Part shown: piece by piece, positions 14,745 through 27,412 of the stretch
Numbering within the stretch: the stretch's first letter is position 1
Layout: each line of letters begins with the position of its first letter
Source: Octopus sinensis
Taxonomy: Eukaryota
Reading direction: 5' to 3'
DNA: 64,000 nucleotides
NCBI RefSeq assembly: GCF_006345805.1
Contig: NC_043019.1
Coordinates: 24,923,360-24,987,359, forward strand
Made by a program: the position numbers and the translations under genes
Notes under the pieces: generated by a model
Database searches by the model: none
Told to the model about the DNA's origin: nothing
What the model saw: only the letters and a program-made list of their open reading frames with translations

Positions 14745-15196
14745 ATTTAGACAATATTTACATGCAACTCTTTGGAAGAGAAACCAAACTTTAATTAGAA
14801 ATATCGTTAATTATCTACCAGGTGATATTGACATCATCCGTGCAGGGCCAGAGGTCAATGAAAGGAGCTCATCGTTCTGCCGTTTACACCAAGTGCAAAT
14901 CATTGGTTTCCCTTTTTTTTTTTCTTCTTGGGAGAGAAAAATATGAAACAAAACCCTTTTCTTCATCTCTTTCGAAATAATCACCAAATAGAAAAGATTT
15001 TTAATCTATTTCGCCAAACCATTTTGCTTCAATATTTAAAATAAAAATTTGAAAAAAAAAATTTCATAAAAGAGCACAAAAAAAATTTGAACAGGTTTTT
15101 TTTAATGTTTTTCCTTGTTCAAGAGTCTTTCCAGTGACAAGACCTTCTTGTAGTTTCTACAACAGAATTCTAAGTAATTCTTTAAAGTCCTGTCCC

Positions 15197-16251
15197 TCAA
15201 GCTTGATAAGCCTGATTGTCGACTCCTTGGGGTGGTGCTCCTTGGGTTGCATCTCCTTGGGGTGGTGCTCCCTGGGGTGGGTAACCTTGAGGTGGGTAGC
15301 CTTGAGGTGGGTAGGCGCCTTGGGGTGGGTAGCCTTGTGGTGGGTAGCCTTGTGGTGGGTAGCCTTGTGGTGGGTAGCCTTGAGGGGGTGGCTGTGGGTA
15401 GGCAGCCTGTTGTGCTTGCATTTTCTGCATCATTGCCATCATTTCTTTCATTTGTGCAGCATCAACGGATTCACCGCCGCCGCCGCCGCCGCCGCCTTCG
15501 GATGGTGCAATTTCTGCTTCGGCATCGTTAGCATCTTCGCATTCTTTCTCATTGAACTGACAACATGTCAACAACCATGGGAATGTGTTTTGGATGGCCT
15601 CTCTGAACTTTGGATGGGAAACAGAGTAGACAATTGGGTTGTGGATAGCTGAAGCTTTAGCAAACAGGACAGGCAATTCAGCTGCATAAGGAGTAACCCA
15701 TTCAGCTGGCCCAAACTGTGCAAGAAGAGCGATGACGGCGTATGGAGACCAGGAGAGCATGAATTGGGTAATAATTACCATTGAAATTTTGGCAAGTTTC
15801 ATTTCAGCGCTCTGGCCAGCCTGTGCCTTACGCAATTCTTTGGCATTCAACCTCTTAGCCATGGCAGCCATTTCCTTTTCGTGGTTGGATACAGACATGA
15901 CAATGTTGAAGTAACAGAAAGCGATGATAACTACGGGCAGCATGAAACCCATGAAGTACATGCACAAGATAAAAGATCTGGTATTAGAATCAATAGACAG
16001 GTAATCAAAAGAGCAAGATGTAAGAATACCTTCAGGGACGTATGCTCCCCAGTTGAAGACGGGACCGACAGCCCAAACAATGGACCACATCCACACAAAG
16101 ATAATCATGAGGAAAGCTCTTCTATGGGACATTTTCTTGGATGCCGCCATAGGTCTACCGATGACATTGTAACGATCGATGGAGATCATGGCCATGGTAT
16201 TAATTGACATGAATCCGAAGATACCGCCCAGCAAACCATAAAGTTGACAAG
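15197..16251 (-). CDS. RHO: Rhodopsin coding exon 3 (A108-A458, TM3-TM7, helix 8, proline-rich tail, TGA stop)
   Basis: Acceptor tctttctAG at 16253-16252. Spliced CDS is 185+137+1055=1377 nt = 458 aa plus stop. Contains C109/C187, Y112, D133-R134-Y135, E181, retinal-binding K306 in FAKASAIHNP, the C337-C338 pair and ten PPQG repeats. Confidence 0.98.
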
Positions 16252-17110
16252 CTAGAAAGAGAGGAAAGAGAGAAAAAACAGTGAAAACAAGAAATACAAA
16301 TAGACATGGTGAGGTAGAGATAAGGAGGAAAGATGAAGATAATTAAAGTAGGTGGGGACTAAATAATTGGTAAAAACATTGTTTAGACATCAATCATTTT
16401 GAAGGTGCAGATCGATGAGGATGCAACTACAAATAGTAGATGTAATATATTGGGTTTTAAAAATTCCTTTGAATAGAAAAAAAGGCTGAAGATTATCTGC
16501 GAGCTCGACACTTCATCTTCTATATGGAGACGACAATGAAGCCTCTTATGTGATAGTTCTACGGAAGATACATGGTTGAAGCCCGGCAATAACTTTCAGA
16601 CTTTGTTTTCATTCGAGGGTTATTTAATCCAATATATTACATATGCTTCATAGTTGTGTTCATTGTGAAAATCATTTCAATTACGTTTTCTCAATGTAAA
16701 TGTATTAATTAGTGTAAGGATATTAATTACACTAAAAATATTATTCAAAACATTAAAACTTGTTTCGTACATAAGTTATATTTAATGAACTAATATTTTA
16801 GCCAACATGAATCGCCGTAAAACTGTTGTGTGTTTAAACAGCTAAATACTGTAAGCATTATAATAGTCTATTGTTAACATTATAATGCAATACACTATCA
16901 GCTTGACTAGATACAATAAATCATCGATTATATTTCGATACAAATAAAAGCAAAACGAATTATTAAACACTCGATATTCTGTGATTTAATTTTAACTTTA
17001 CGACAGGTATTTTACTGTATTTCTGTCACAGAGCCCTTGACCAGACGTGCTGTTGTTTCATTTATAAATAACACCGGGTCTACTGGAGATAAGGGAGCCT
17101 CTGTGTGATA

Positions 17111-17251
17111 TAAGGTTGTCCCAAAAGTTCGTAGAAAGTCTTGGAAAATAATGGTCTTTATTTTGAGGAATAATTTTTGTTGCTTTTGTTAGTACTTGGC
17201 GAGTAAAAATTCAATTTTCGCAAGTGTTTACGAACTTTTGGGACAACCTAA
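17111..17251. mobile_element. 141-bp mariner-type MITE in rhodopsin intron 2
   Basis: Perfect 21-bp TIRs aggttgtcccaaaagttcgta (17113-17133 and 17229-17249), with TA on both sides. Confidence 0.85.
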
Positions 17252-17975
17252 TAGCTTGATCTTTTAAAAATAATACCTAAATTATTCTGAAATTACTCCT
17301 TTGTTTTAGAAAAGGACATATTGAATAATGTGATTTTGGATATCCTTCAAATAGAAAAATGACGAGATAATCACAGCCGGAATGCCTTTTAATGTAGGTG
17401 TACTCGACTAAGGCTGACTTGGAACAAAACAATATCAGTAACCAGGTTTTCTTGAACCAAGCCTGTTTGTGATTGCTTGACTTAAAAGCAGCAGTCGATT
17501 CTCCCTTAAAGCGTACACTACCATCCAAGATTAGATTGTATTAGATCGGATGGCTTTAGATGCAGTGTTTTTCATCAAAGGTGTGCTCCATTCAGAGCTA
17601 AGTAACAGGCAGGTGTTCTGATATAGTCGCTCTACTTGCACCCAAACACGCTGGAGATCTTATACTGCCGGTTTAAGAAGGAACAATGGATAATCGAATT
17701 CATGCCATCTTATTTTCAGGTACATGAACTCGATTAGAATGATTTCGCTCATCGAATTGTTGGATTAGGTCTGACCAAAGAGCCTTAACAATAGTAATCA
17801 TATCTCTGTCACCAACATCAGCATGTCTTTCCGTCATATAGGAACAACATCTCAGCCTCCTTCAAAGGCCTTGTGCCAAAATTTGAGACCAATATTTCCC
17901 AGATTTCTAGATCGTTAAGGGTAGCTAATGCAATGAAGCCCAGTATGAAGTGGAAAAAGGAAAATAAATACTTAC

Positions 17976-18112
17976 CAACTTTACCGAAAATCCACTTTTT
18001 CATAAACGACGATACCGTTTTAAGCGGAAATCCATTAATAGCTGAGAAAGACAAATCAGACATAGCGAGATTGATGATAAACATGTTAGCCGGGGTCTGA
18101 AGAGATTTCGTC
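17976..18112 (-). CDS. RHO: Rhodopsin coding exon 2 (K62-V107, TM2/ECL1)
   Basis: Acceptor ttttccAG at 18114-18113; reads (K)TKSLQTPANMFIINLAMSDLSFSAINGFPLKTVSSFMKKWIFGKV; donor G|GTAAGT at 17975. Length 137 nt, phases match both neighbouring exons. Confidence 0.97.
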
Positions 18113-19320
18113 CTGGAAAAAAAGAAGGAAGAAAAGAAAAAAAAAATGATTAGTGGAAATTAGATGTCCGTTACGTCACATTCATAATTACTGCTGGCTT
18201 TTTTATTCAAAAATTTGCTTTAGGTAAACAAAGAAGAAATTAATTATTTGATAAATGTTATAGGATTTCCTACAATATATTTCATTATGTATAAGTTTAT
18301 ATTTTACATTGACCACAACGGTAAATGATAAAATGAAAGTCTTGCAAATATTTATTATTAGTGTTGATGTAACCATACGAATAAAAGTAAGATGAACTCG
18401 CTCACAGGGGGTTAGAGCCCAGTTCTTTGGGTAACGATGATGAAGGTCCTGCTTACAGCTTGGTCAACTGGGTAAAAATGTTCGTATCAATCTATAACCG
18501 ATTAAATCAATCAGGTATGATGGTAATTGAATATACCTGGTTGCATAAATTTATGACCTTCAACCAACATGAGCAATCATTTTGTTACTCATTGCTAGCT
18601 AAAGCATGATTAAGCTGTACTTGAAAGCTGTACTTCACGACTGCACTTGAAGTGAACGTGCGATAAATCCTGCTGAGAAAGCTTTGACCCTGATAACATT
18701 CTAAGAAACATCATGGCGTCTAATGACTTCACTCGAGGATACGAGGAAACTTCTATGAGATCACTTAAATCGACAGAAATCGCACCCTATTACCTCATAA
18801 AAAAAAGTCATGGTGGATTACATTATCGTACGTTCGCTGCACATAAGGAAAAGGGAGGATGGTTATGGCTGACATCTCGTTGTTAGTATGTCTCCTCAGT
18901 CAAGCTGACCTGAGATTAAACAACAGCACAACAACATCAACAACAACCACAGATGGTTGCACTGGGCCAGCTTTCTATTCAAAAACACTATGAACTTTTT
19001 ATTTTAATTTCACTTAGTTGATTTTTCAAACGTGAGACAAGCCAACGAGAACGCCTCAACGTGGTCACACTCACTCTACCAGCTAAAAATAGTAGCCAAA
19101 TATCTCTCAAATCACATCATACCGACTTAAAAAGGGAAATGCAGTTTCAATAATGTGATGCTACATATATTGTGATTGAAACCGTGTGATCCTAGTTATA
19201 ATGTAATGACTAATTAAAAGTGAGACTTAAACAACAACAACAACAACCATTTATCAAGATAACTTCTGTTTTGTTTTGTTTTTGTTTTTTTTTTTTTTGG
19301 TTTGTTTTTTTCATACTTAC

Positions 19321-19505
19321 TTGGAGAAGAGATAGATTACAATGCCATTACCGAAGATTCCAATGATGCCAACGATACCAATGAAAATACCAACGGAATA
19401 GTAGACGGCATCTGGGATCGGATCGAACTTGGCCCAATGAGGATGGATGTCAACGGTTGGATTATACCACCATGTCTGGTTCACTAACGTGCTTGATTCG
19501 ACCAT
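19321..19505 (-). CDS. RHO: Rhodopsin (cephalopod Gq-coupled visual r-opsin), coding exon 1 (M1-K62, N-terminus and TM1)
   Basis: Translates MVESSTLVNQTWWYNPTVDIHPHWAKFDPIPDAVYYSVGIFIGIVGIIGIFGNGIVIYLFSK, the recognisable octopus rhodopsin N-terminus. Start context gaaaATGG. Ends AA|GTAAGT (donor 19320), phase 2. Confidence 0.97.
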
Positions 19506-19554
19506 TTTCGGTGTTTGGGTGACAACGTTTGTGCTGGAGTACTAGGGAATCTAC
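19506..19554 (-). other. RHO: 5'-UTR portion of the rhodopsin ATG-containing exon, preceded by a splice acceptor
   Basis: Minus strand ttttcttttggttttgattgcAG|gtagattccc...gaaaATG: a polypyrimidine tract and CAG at 19557-19555; no upstream ATG in the 49 nt. Confidence 0.75.
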
Positions 19555-20174
19555 CTGCAATCAAAACCAAAAGAAAACATATGTCGTTAAAGATATTGCA
19601 ACAAATAAGAACAGATTTGTCATCATTATCATCATCATGATTATTATTACAATTCAGTTTTTATTACCAGTGTGCTTTCACCTTCTATGTTTTACCTTCT
19701 ATTTTAGTTTTGTATTTCAAGTTGTGTTAAAAGTACTACTCTCCAGTTTCATAAATATGGCCACGTGTGTGCATATATCTGCATTAACAAAATGCCTCAG
19801 AATTGCATTGCCTAAAATCTCACAGACGTGCATTTTTTGTGTCAGTGAAACTTTAAGTAATGTAGTTCCTAATACAACAATTAATACAAGTATGTAACCT
19901 CCAGGATATGTGTTGAGTGCTGCTTTCTGTCGTCTGCTTTCTGTCGTCTGCTTTCTGTCGTCTGCACAACTATATGTGTGCAACGCGCGTGGGGATGTGT
20001 GTGCGTTTGTGTAGCTGGGAAATGCGAGTAGTCAATATACCACCTTCTCTCTCTCTCCTCAAAACTAAACTAGCTTCCATCCCATAATTAAAACTGTGAT
20101 GCAGTAATGAGCTTTACCAGTTCGTAGCAGACTCAAAGACAGAGATTAATAATTCCTGCAGTAATACGTCTACT

Positions 20175-20231
<57 letters not shown>

Positions 20232-20660
20232 TATATATATATACACATATAATATATATATGTGTGTATATATATATATATATATGACTGCCTGTATGTG
20301 TATATGTGTACTTATATGTTCGTATATGTTGTAGCTAAGACGATGAAGGAACATGTAATAAGTATACCTGTTATTATGTAGACATCTATGTATATTGTAA
20401 GCATATCAGAGTTTATATACGAATACGTCTATATGTGAGTGTGTACGTGTGTGTTCGGGGGTTGGGGCGAGGTTTAGCCTGACTTTATTGATGTTAGTGA
20501 GCGCTTACTTAACTAACGCATCTACACTTTATGTATACGTGCATGCGTGTGTGCTTATGAATCTGCAAGATGGCGTGCACGCGTTATAAATGCTTGTACA
20601 TGAGTGGACAGTGTTTAGCTGAGAGAGAGAGAGAAAGAGAGAAGAGCAAAGAAAAGAAAA

Positions 20661-20700
<40 letters not shown>

Positions 20701-20732
20701 AGAGATGGAAAGAATAAGAAAAAATAAGAAAG

Positions 20733-20835
20733 AGATGTTATTCTACTTCAATTTCTTAAATATTCTATTTAACTCCAGAACTGGTGGGTATGTATATGCA
20801 TGTATGTAAGTATGCATGTATGCATATACATATAC

Positions 20836-20884
<49 letters not shown>

Positions 20885-20966
20885 TATATTTGCACTCACA
20901 TATTTATATATAAACACATATATATACATCAATATATATCTATATGTATATATATATATTATATAT

Positions 20967-21016
<50 letters not shown>

Positions 21017-21035
21017 GTATACATATATATATATA

Positions 21036-21085
<50 letters not shown>

Positions 21086-21486
21086 TTTTATATATTACAT
21101 ATAGACATATATATATTACATATAAAATGACGTATATACACATATTACATCTATAGAGACAAATATATATATGTATGTATATACACATATTACATATGCA
21201 TGTATACTCATACAGATGTTATTCTACTTCAATTTCTTAAATATTCTATTTAACTCCAGAACTGGTGGGTATGTATATGCATGTATGTAAGTATGCATGT
21301 ATGCATATACATATACATATATATATATATATTTGCACACACATATTTATATATAAACACATATATATACATCAATATATATCTATATGTATATATATTA
21401 TATATATATATATAGTATATATATATATATATAGTATATATATATATATATATATATATTAATATGTATACATATATATATATATA

Positions 21487-21527
<41 letters not shown>

Positions 21528-21663
21528 TACATATATTTTATATATTACATATAGACATATATATATTACATATAAAATGACGTATATACACATATTACAT
21601 CTATAGTGACAAATATATATATGTATGTATATACACATATTACATATGCATGTATACTCATAC

Positions 21664-21664
<1 letters not shown>
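20733..21664. repeat. Local tandem duplication, about 481-bp unit containing TA-rich microsatellites
   Basis: agatgttattctacttcaatttcttaaatattctatttaactccagaactggtggg at 20733 and 21214; unique parts near-identical. Confidence 0.85.
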
Positions 21665-21711
<47 letters not shown>

Positions 21712-22203
21712 ATAAGCGTCAGTGTGTTTATGTGTGTACGTGCCTGCGAAGTCTCTTTGGTCATATTCATGTGTTTAGTCGTTCCTTGAGAGGATTAACT
21801 GATTCTGTTCTACGCTACAGACTAAAATTAGACTTGTTCTTCATCGTCCTTCCCCATCACCACCGCCACCACCACCACCACCACCACCACCACTTCTACT
21901 ACTACCATTACTACTACTGCTACTACTACTACAACCACTACCACTACTACTACTACTACTACTAATACAACCACTACCACTACAACTATCACTACTACTA
22001 TCACTACTACTACTACTACTACTACTACCACTAATAGCACACTGCTTCCCTCATCATCACCACTACCACTATTACACTTATGTAATGAGAGCAACGATGC
22101 TAGCAAACATAGTCATTATTGTCATGTGACTGAGCGGTCAGCAAGTGTGCAAATGTCATTGACGCCGCCTTATTTCCTGATATCAAGCGTAATAATAATA
22201 ATG

Positions 22204-22264
<61 letters not shown>

Positions 22265-22274
22265 TAATATAATC

Positions 22275-22405
22275 CTTTCTACTCTAGGCACAAGGCCTGA
22301 AATTTTGGGGAGGAGAAGAATCGGTTACGTTGACCCCAGTACTCAACTGGTACTTAATTTATCAACTCCGAAAGGATGAAAGGCAAAGTCGACCTCGACG
22401 GAATA
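22275..22405 (-). mobile_element. SINE family A, tail type 2 (5'-truncated)
   Basis: Reverse-complement core and tail, next to a (TAA)n tract. Confidence 0.85.
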
Positions 22406-22577
22406 ATTTTACAATATTGCCCCAGCATGCCCACAGCTCGTAAGCTGAAACTGGAAAAATGAAATGAAATATATATATATAGAGAGAGAGAGAGATAGAG
22501 AGGGGGCGAAAGGAGAGAGAGACAGGCAGACAGACAGATGCAGAGATAGAGACAGACACAAGAACACACAGAGGTAG

Positions 22578-22673
<96 letters not shown>

Positions 22674-23030
22674 TAATTGATTGATTGATTGGTTGAGTGA
22701 TAAGAAACCGTAATTCAGTGAGGCCAGGACTGCATTTATTTCGAGAATCACAATTAAATTTGTTTATTTCTTGGTTTCTTGACGTAAACCTCAGAGAATT
22801 AAGACAGCGGCTTTCAATGCACAATGAGGCGCTATTAAACGTCATAAAGAATTCAACTTGCAAAGAATTTTTTCTCCTAAGATTGCACCTTAAATATTAC
22901 GCATGAGTTTCACGAATCGAATACTAAACAAAAAGATACAATTTTAAAATAAATTACGTATTTCGAGGTTCTGTAATGTCCACAGGTACAGCTAGTGGCT
23001 GTTATTATTACTTGTTTTATTTTTATTATA

Positions 23031-23415
23031 ATACTAGCAGTATCGCCCGGCGTTGCTCGGGTTTGTTTCGACCCTTTTGAATTGGAATTTTTGAAGAGTA
23101 AAAATTTTGCATTATGTAGCTTGTTATTCTCTTTAAGTGAACATTTTTTTGGTTGAAATACACTGAAAAATGGCGACACAGCAGTCAAAAAATCGAAAAA
23201 ATAGGGATTTTCATAGAAAGAAAGCACCTTTTTGATTTAAATAATTTTTGGAGTTAACATGGTCCGATTTGAATTGTTTCTTCTACAGAAGGAAGAGCAA
23301 GCCTTCTTCTATTATACTCTCAATTTTGGTCAACTTTCGCCGCAAGGTCTCGGAGGAGATAGTGTTAGTTGAAGGCTACCAAACCTGCCATACACAGACA
23401 ACTTCAGCTTTGCTA
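23031..23415 (+). mobile_element. Helitron/Helentron-like non-autonomous element
   Basis: Starts actagcagtatcg-cccg-gcgttgct-cggg (ACTAG plus a subterminal hairpin) and ends near cagacaacttcagcttt. Family assignment is by resemblance only. Confidence 0.4.
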
Positions 23416-26090
23416 ATGACGACGGTGAGGATGATTATGATGGCAGTGGTGGTGATGAAGAAGAGGAAGAGGATAACCAACTTTGTTTTGAGACTATATC
23501 TCTTCATAGAGAATAGATGTAATTAATGTAATCGGCTCTCACAACCATAGTTACATGTTTTATTCACTATATATATGTGTGTGTGTGTATATATATATAT
23601 AATATACATGCGTGTGAGTGTGTGTGTGTGTATGCATACATGCATGCAGGCATGCATGCGTTTATGTGTGCATACACGTGTGTGTGCATACACATGTGTG
23701 TGTGTGTGTACGGATCACTTCTAAGTCTTGCCAAAGGAGTGCACTATGCTTCACTGATGAGGTCTAAAAAGAACGAAACATTGCCCGTTTCTTTCATCGG
23801 TTGAAATCATCGCCCATCTAAGTGATTTTTAGTTTTCCCCAAATTTCATTTGTCGCACTTTACTGAAGCTATCCTGCTTGACATATTTTCATATTTTAAA
23901 ACCTCCTGAGAGTTTTTTTTTTCTCAAATAACTGCAAAAATATTGTCATTTGTTCGACGCACCAATATTACATATGTAAAATACTAATTGTAAATTCGTT
24001 TACCATGCAGGACGCTCTTCTGAGCTGTTTTCTCTCATTCTCTATTGTTTACGTATATATAATACGCATAAATATATGCACACACACGTGCACACACACT
24101 CACACAAACACACACACACATGCATACATACATACATACATACATACATACATACATACACACATACATATATATATATATGTATGTATTACAGTCTATC
24201 TATCAATATAGTGTTAATAAGATAAACACCGGTATAGTTCCTACGTACGTTTCACCATTGTGATTAGTTGGAACTCAATACTGGGTGTTCCAAGCGCATT
24301 TGGATGCGAAACTGCAATGGATCATCAGAGGAACAGTTTATTTAGATAGATGTTTATCTTAATTTCTCCCTACAGATATGCTCTGTATATCACAACTAGT
24401 AGACTAACCACAATACTGGAAGCTGATTGGATTATGATAATCTACGTGGAGCTCTGACTCATACAGTAGTAGTCGGGCGTCGAACTATACGTACAAGATA
24501 TCTTTATCTGTGATCACATATACATGCATACATACATACACACACATAGATACATACATGCATACATGCACACATACATACAAGTATACATACATACAAG
24601 TAGACATACATACAAGTATACATACATACAAGTATACATACATACATACATACATAAATACACACATACACACATACCTACATACACACACATACATACA
24701 TTCATACATACATACATACATACATACATACATACATACATACTTACACTCATACACACACATACATACATAAAGCTGCCTGCATCTATGTTTCTTTTCT
24801 TTTTACCTGCTTCCATCGCAACTCGTTAACCTGTCTGCGCCATTTTCCTCAATCACTGGCTTTTCACTCTCTCTGTCTATCTCCGTTTCAATTTACTCCC
24901 TCTCTCTTACCCCCCCTCTCTCTCTCACCCCCTATCTCTTCTTATTCTTTCAAAGTCACTGTCCCCACCTCTCCACCTCTTAATAATACATTATTCCTCC
25001 ACCACCTCCGACATCACCACCAACAACAACAAATCGTTGTCCATTGTTGTTGTTATTATTATTTAGCCCCAGGCCGACTTTGATCCATCAAACCTATGAT
25101 CAAAGGTATTTTAGCTGTGATCTAGGCATCCTTCTCTTTCCGTTTTTTCTTTCTTCTTTTTTCTTTGTATCTAGGACAACATTGCTTAACTTCTTCCATT
25201 TTTGAATATAAATCTACGATTTGTTGTAGATTTGACTACCATTTCTTGCAGGTCAAACGGTCACATAGCTCGATTTCGCTTATAGATTAATCCTTTGCCT
25301 TCGGCTGTAGTAGACAGAATGCTATTAACGACACCTAAATCCGCTAACTACGGATTAACAAGCCACCAATGACAGATATGGCTTTAATTGGGGAAACATA
25401 TGCTTATCTCATCTCACAAGTCATCTCTCTCACTCTCTCTCTCTCTCTCTCTCCCTCGCTTCATGTAGATATATGTGTGCGTATGTATATGTGTATGCGT
25501 ATATATAGCCATGTATGTATGTATGTATGTATGTATGTATGTGTATACATATGCATATGTATGTGTGCGTGTGTGTATGTATATAGATTTATATGTATAC
25601 GTATATATACATCCATATATATATATACATATAATTATATATATATATATACATATATATATATACATCCATATATATATATATATACTTTCATTCTTTG
25701 TACGTATTCCCTCTCCATCGATTTATTTGCCTCACCGTTCGTCTTTCTCTTCGCTATTATCTCTCTTTCTCTCTCTTTCTTTCTCTCTTTCTCTCTCTCT
25801 CTCTCATATATATTACCTCTCAAATCTCTTTCTCTTTCTCCTTTTATTGCTTTCCTTTCTCTCCTATTCTGTTTCTTTCCCCGTCCAACTTCTCTCCTTC
25901 TCTTGCTCCCTTCCTCCCTCTCTTGCTCCCTTCATCTCTTCTCTCTCTCTCTGTCTCTCTCTCTCTCTCCTATCGCTATCCTTTCCATCTTTCCATAGGG
26001 GCTGGTCCATAGTTATGTATTACTTATGAGTTTGATAAAATTGTCGACAGGATTCAGGTTAACCTGTATATGCATGTGCGTGTGTTTATA

Positions 26091-26164
<74 letters not shown>

Positions 26165-26403
26165 CTGCGTGTGTAAAGCCATTTGTAAAAAAATATCAAA
26201 TGCAATAAAAAAGGTCCTCTTTACTTTCCCTTCTTGATTTCATTTTGCAAAATGCTGAAATAATATAGGAAAGGTGAGCGTAGATGTCTGTGTGGATGAA
26301 CGGACTATATATACATACATGCACACATACACACATACACGCATGCATGCATACATACATACACACATACATACATACACACATACATACATTCATACAT
26401 ACA

Positions 26404-26434
<31 letters not shown>

Positions 26435-26473
26435 ATATATACATATATACTACATACATACATACATAATACA

Positions 26474-26507
<34 letters not shown>

Positions 26508-26609
26508 CATACATATATACATATATGCATACATCAATAGATATATATATATATATATATATATATAGTGTGTGTGTGTGTGGTGTGTGTGTGTGTATAT
26601 ATATATATA

Positions 26610-26648
<39 letters not shown>

Positions 26649-27257
26649 TATAATATTCATTATGTTTCACTCCTTAGCCAAGTTCTAAAAGACCGCGTGT
26701 TTTGAAATTCTTGTGAGTGAAACAACGTACTTGTGTTTATTCTAAGACCAATAAATTTACTTCAAATGAACTTGTAGAGTTATTTTATCTCTACATACTA
26801 CATATATATATATATAGATAGATATGTGTGTTTACATACATATACACATACCTGCACACATAGATTCATACATACACATACACATACATATATACATACA
26901 TACACACACACATACATACATACATACATATATACATACATACATACATAGCAATATCAAGCCTGTTGATGTGGCTACCATTGCTTATTACTATGATGGA
27001 TGGCGATGGGTCATCAAGCTTTGTGAAGCGTCAAATAAAGGCCTGAAATACCTTGAAATTCAAATATTCAAATCCTGCAGAAATGAACTTTACTTCTCCT
27101 TTTCTAGAGAATATCGATATAATCGATTGCCTCCCCCAACCCCGCCCCAAATTTCTAGTCTTGTTCGTGTTATTGTTATTCCTTTGTAACATAGTGTAGG
27201 TAAAAATGCAATAGAGTCTTTAGTCATCAGTCAGGTCACAACAAGGACCTGAGACAG

Positions 27258-27258
27258 A

Positions 27259-27317
<59 letters not shown>

Positions 27318-27346
27318 CGTTATTATTATTATCGTTATTATTATTC

Positions 27347-27386
<40 letters not shown>

Positions 27387-27412
27387 CATCATTATTATTA
27401 TTATTATTATTG
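27258..27412. repeat. (ATT)n/(ATC)n microsatellite
   Basis: Direct reading; one of dozens of TA, CA, TACA, GATA, TAA and TAG tracts in the window. Confidence 0.95.

Noticed and set aside
15134-16207. Plus-strand ORFs (172, 99, 60 and 108 aa) opposite rhodopsin exon 3
   Set aside because: Antisense shadows of the rhodopsin CDS and its repeats.
19921-19965. 14-bp unit x3 (tgctttctgtcgtc) upstream of the ATG exon
   Set aside because: A short slippage repeat with no motif or structural support.
20480-20580. Alternative nearby first exon (donor AA|GTAAGC at 20508, YY1-like motif at 20566)
   Set aside because: No TATA or initiator arrangement upstream and it runs into microsatellites; weaker than the 45.7-kb candidate, but not excluded.
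23754-23795. CUGAUGA-GGUCU-AAAA-AGAAC-GAAAC on the plus strand
   Set aside because: Helix II is plausible, but no helix I partner follows a valid NUH triplet.
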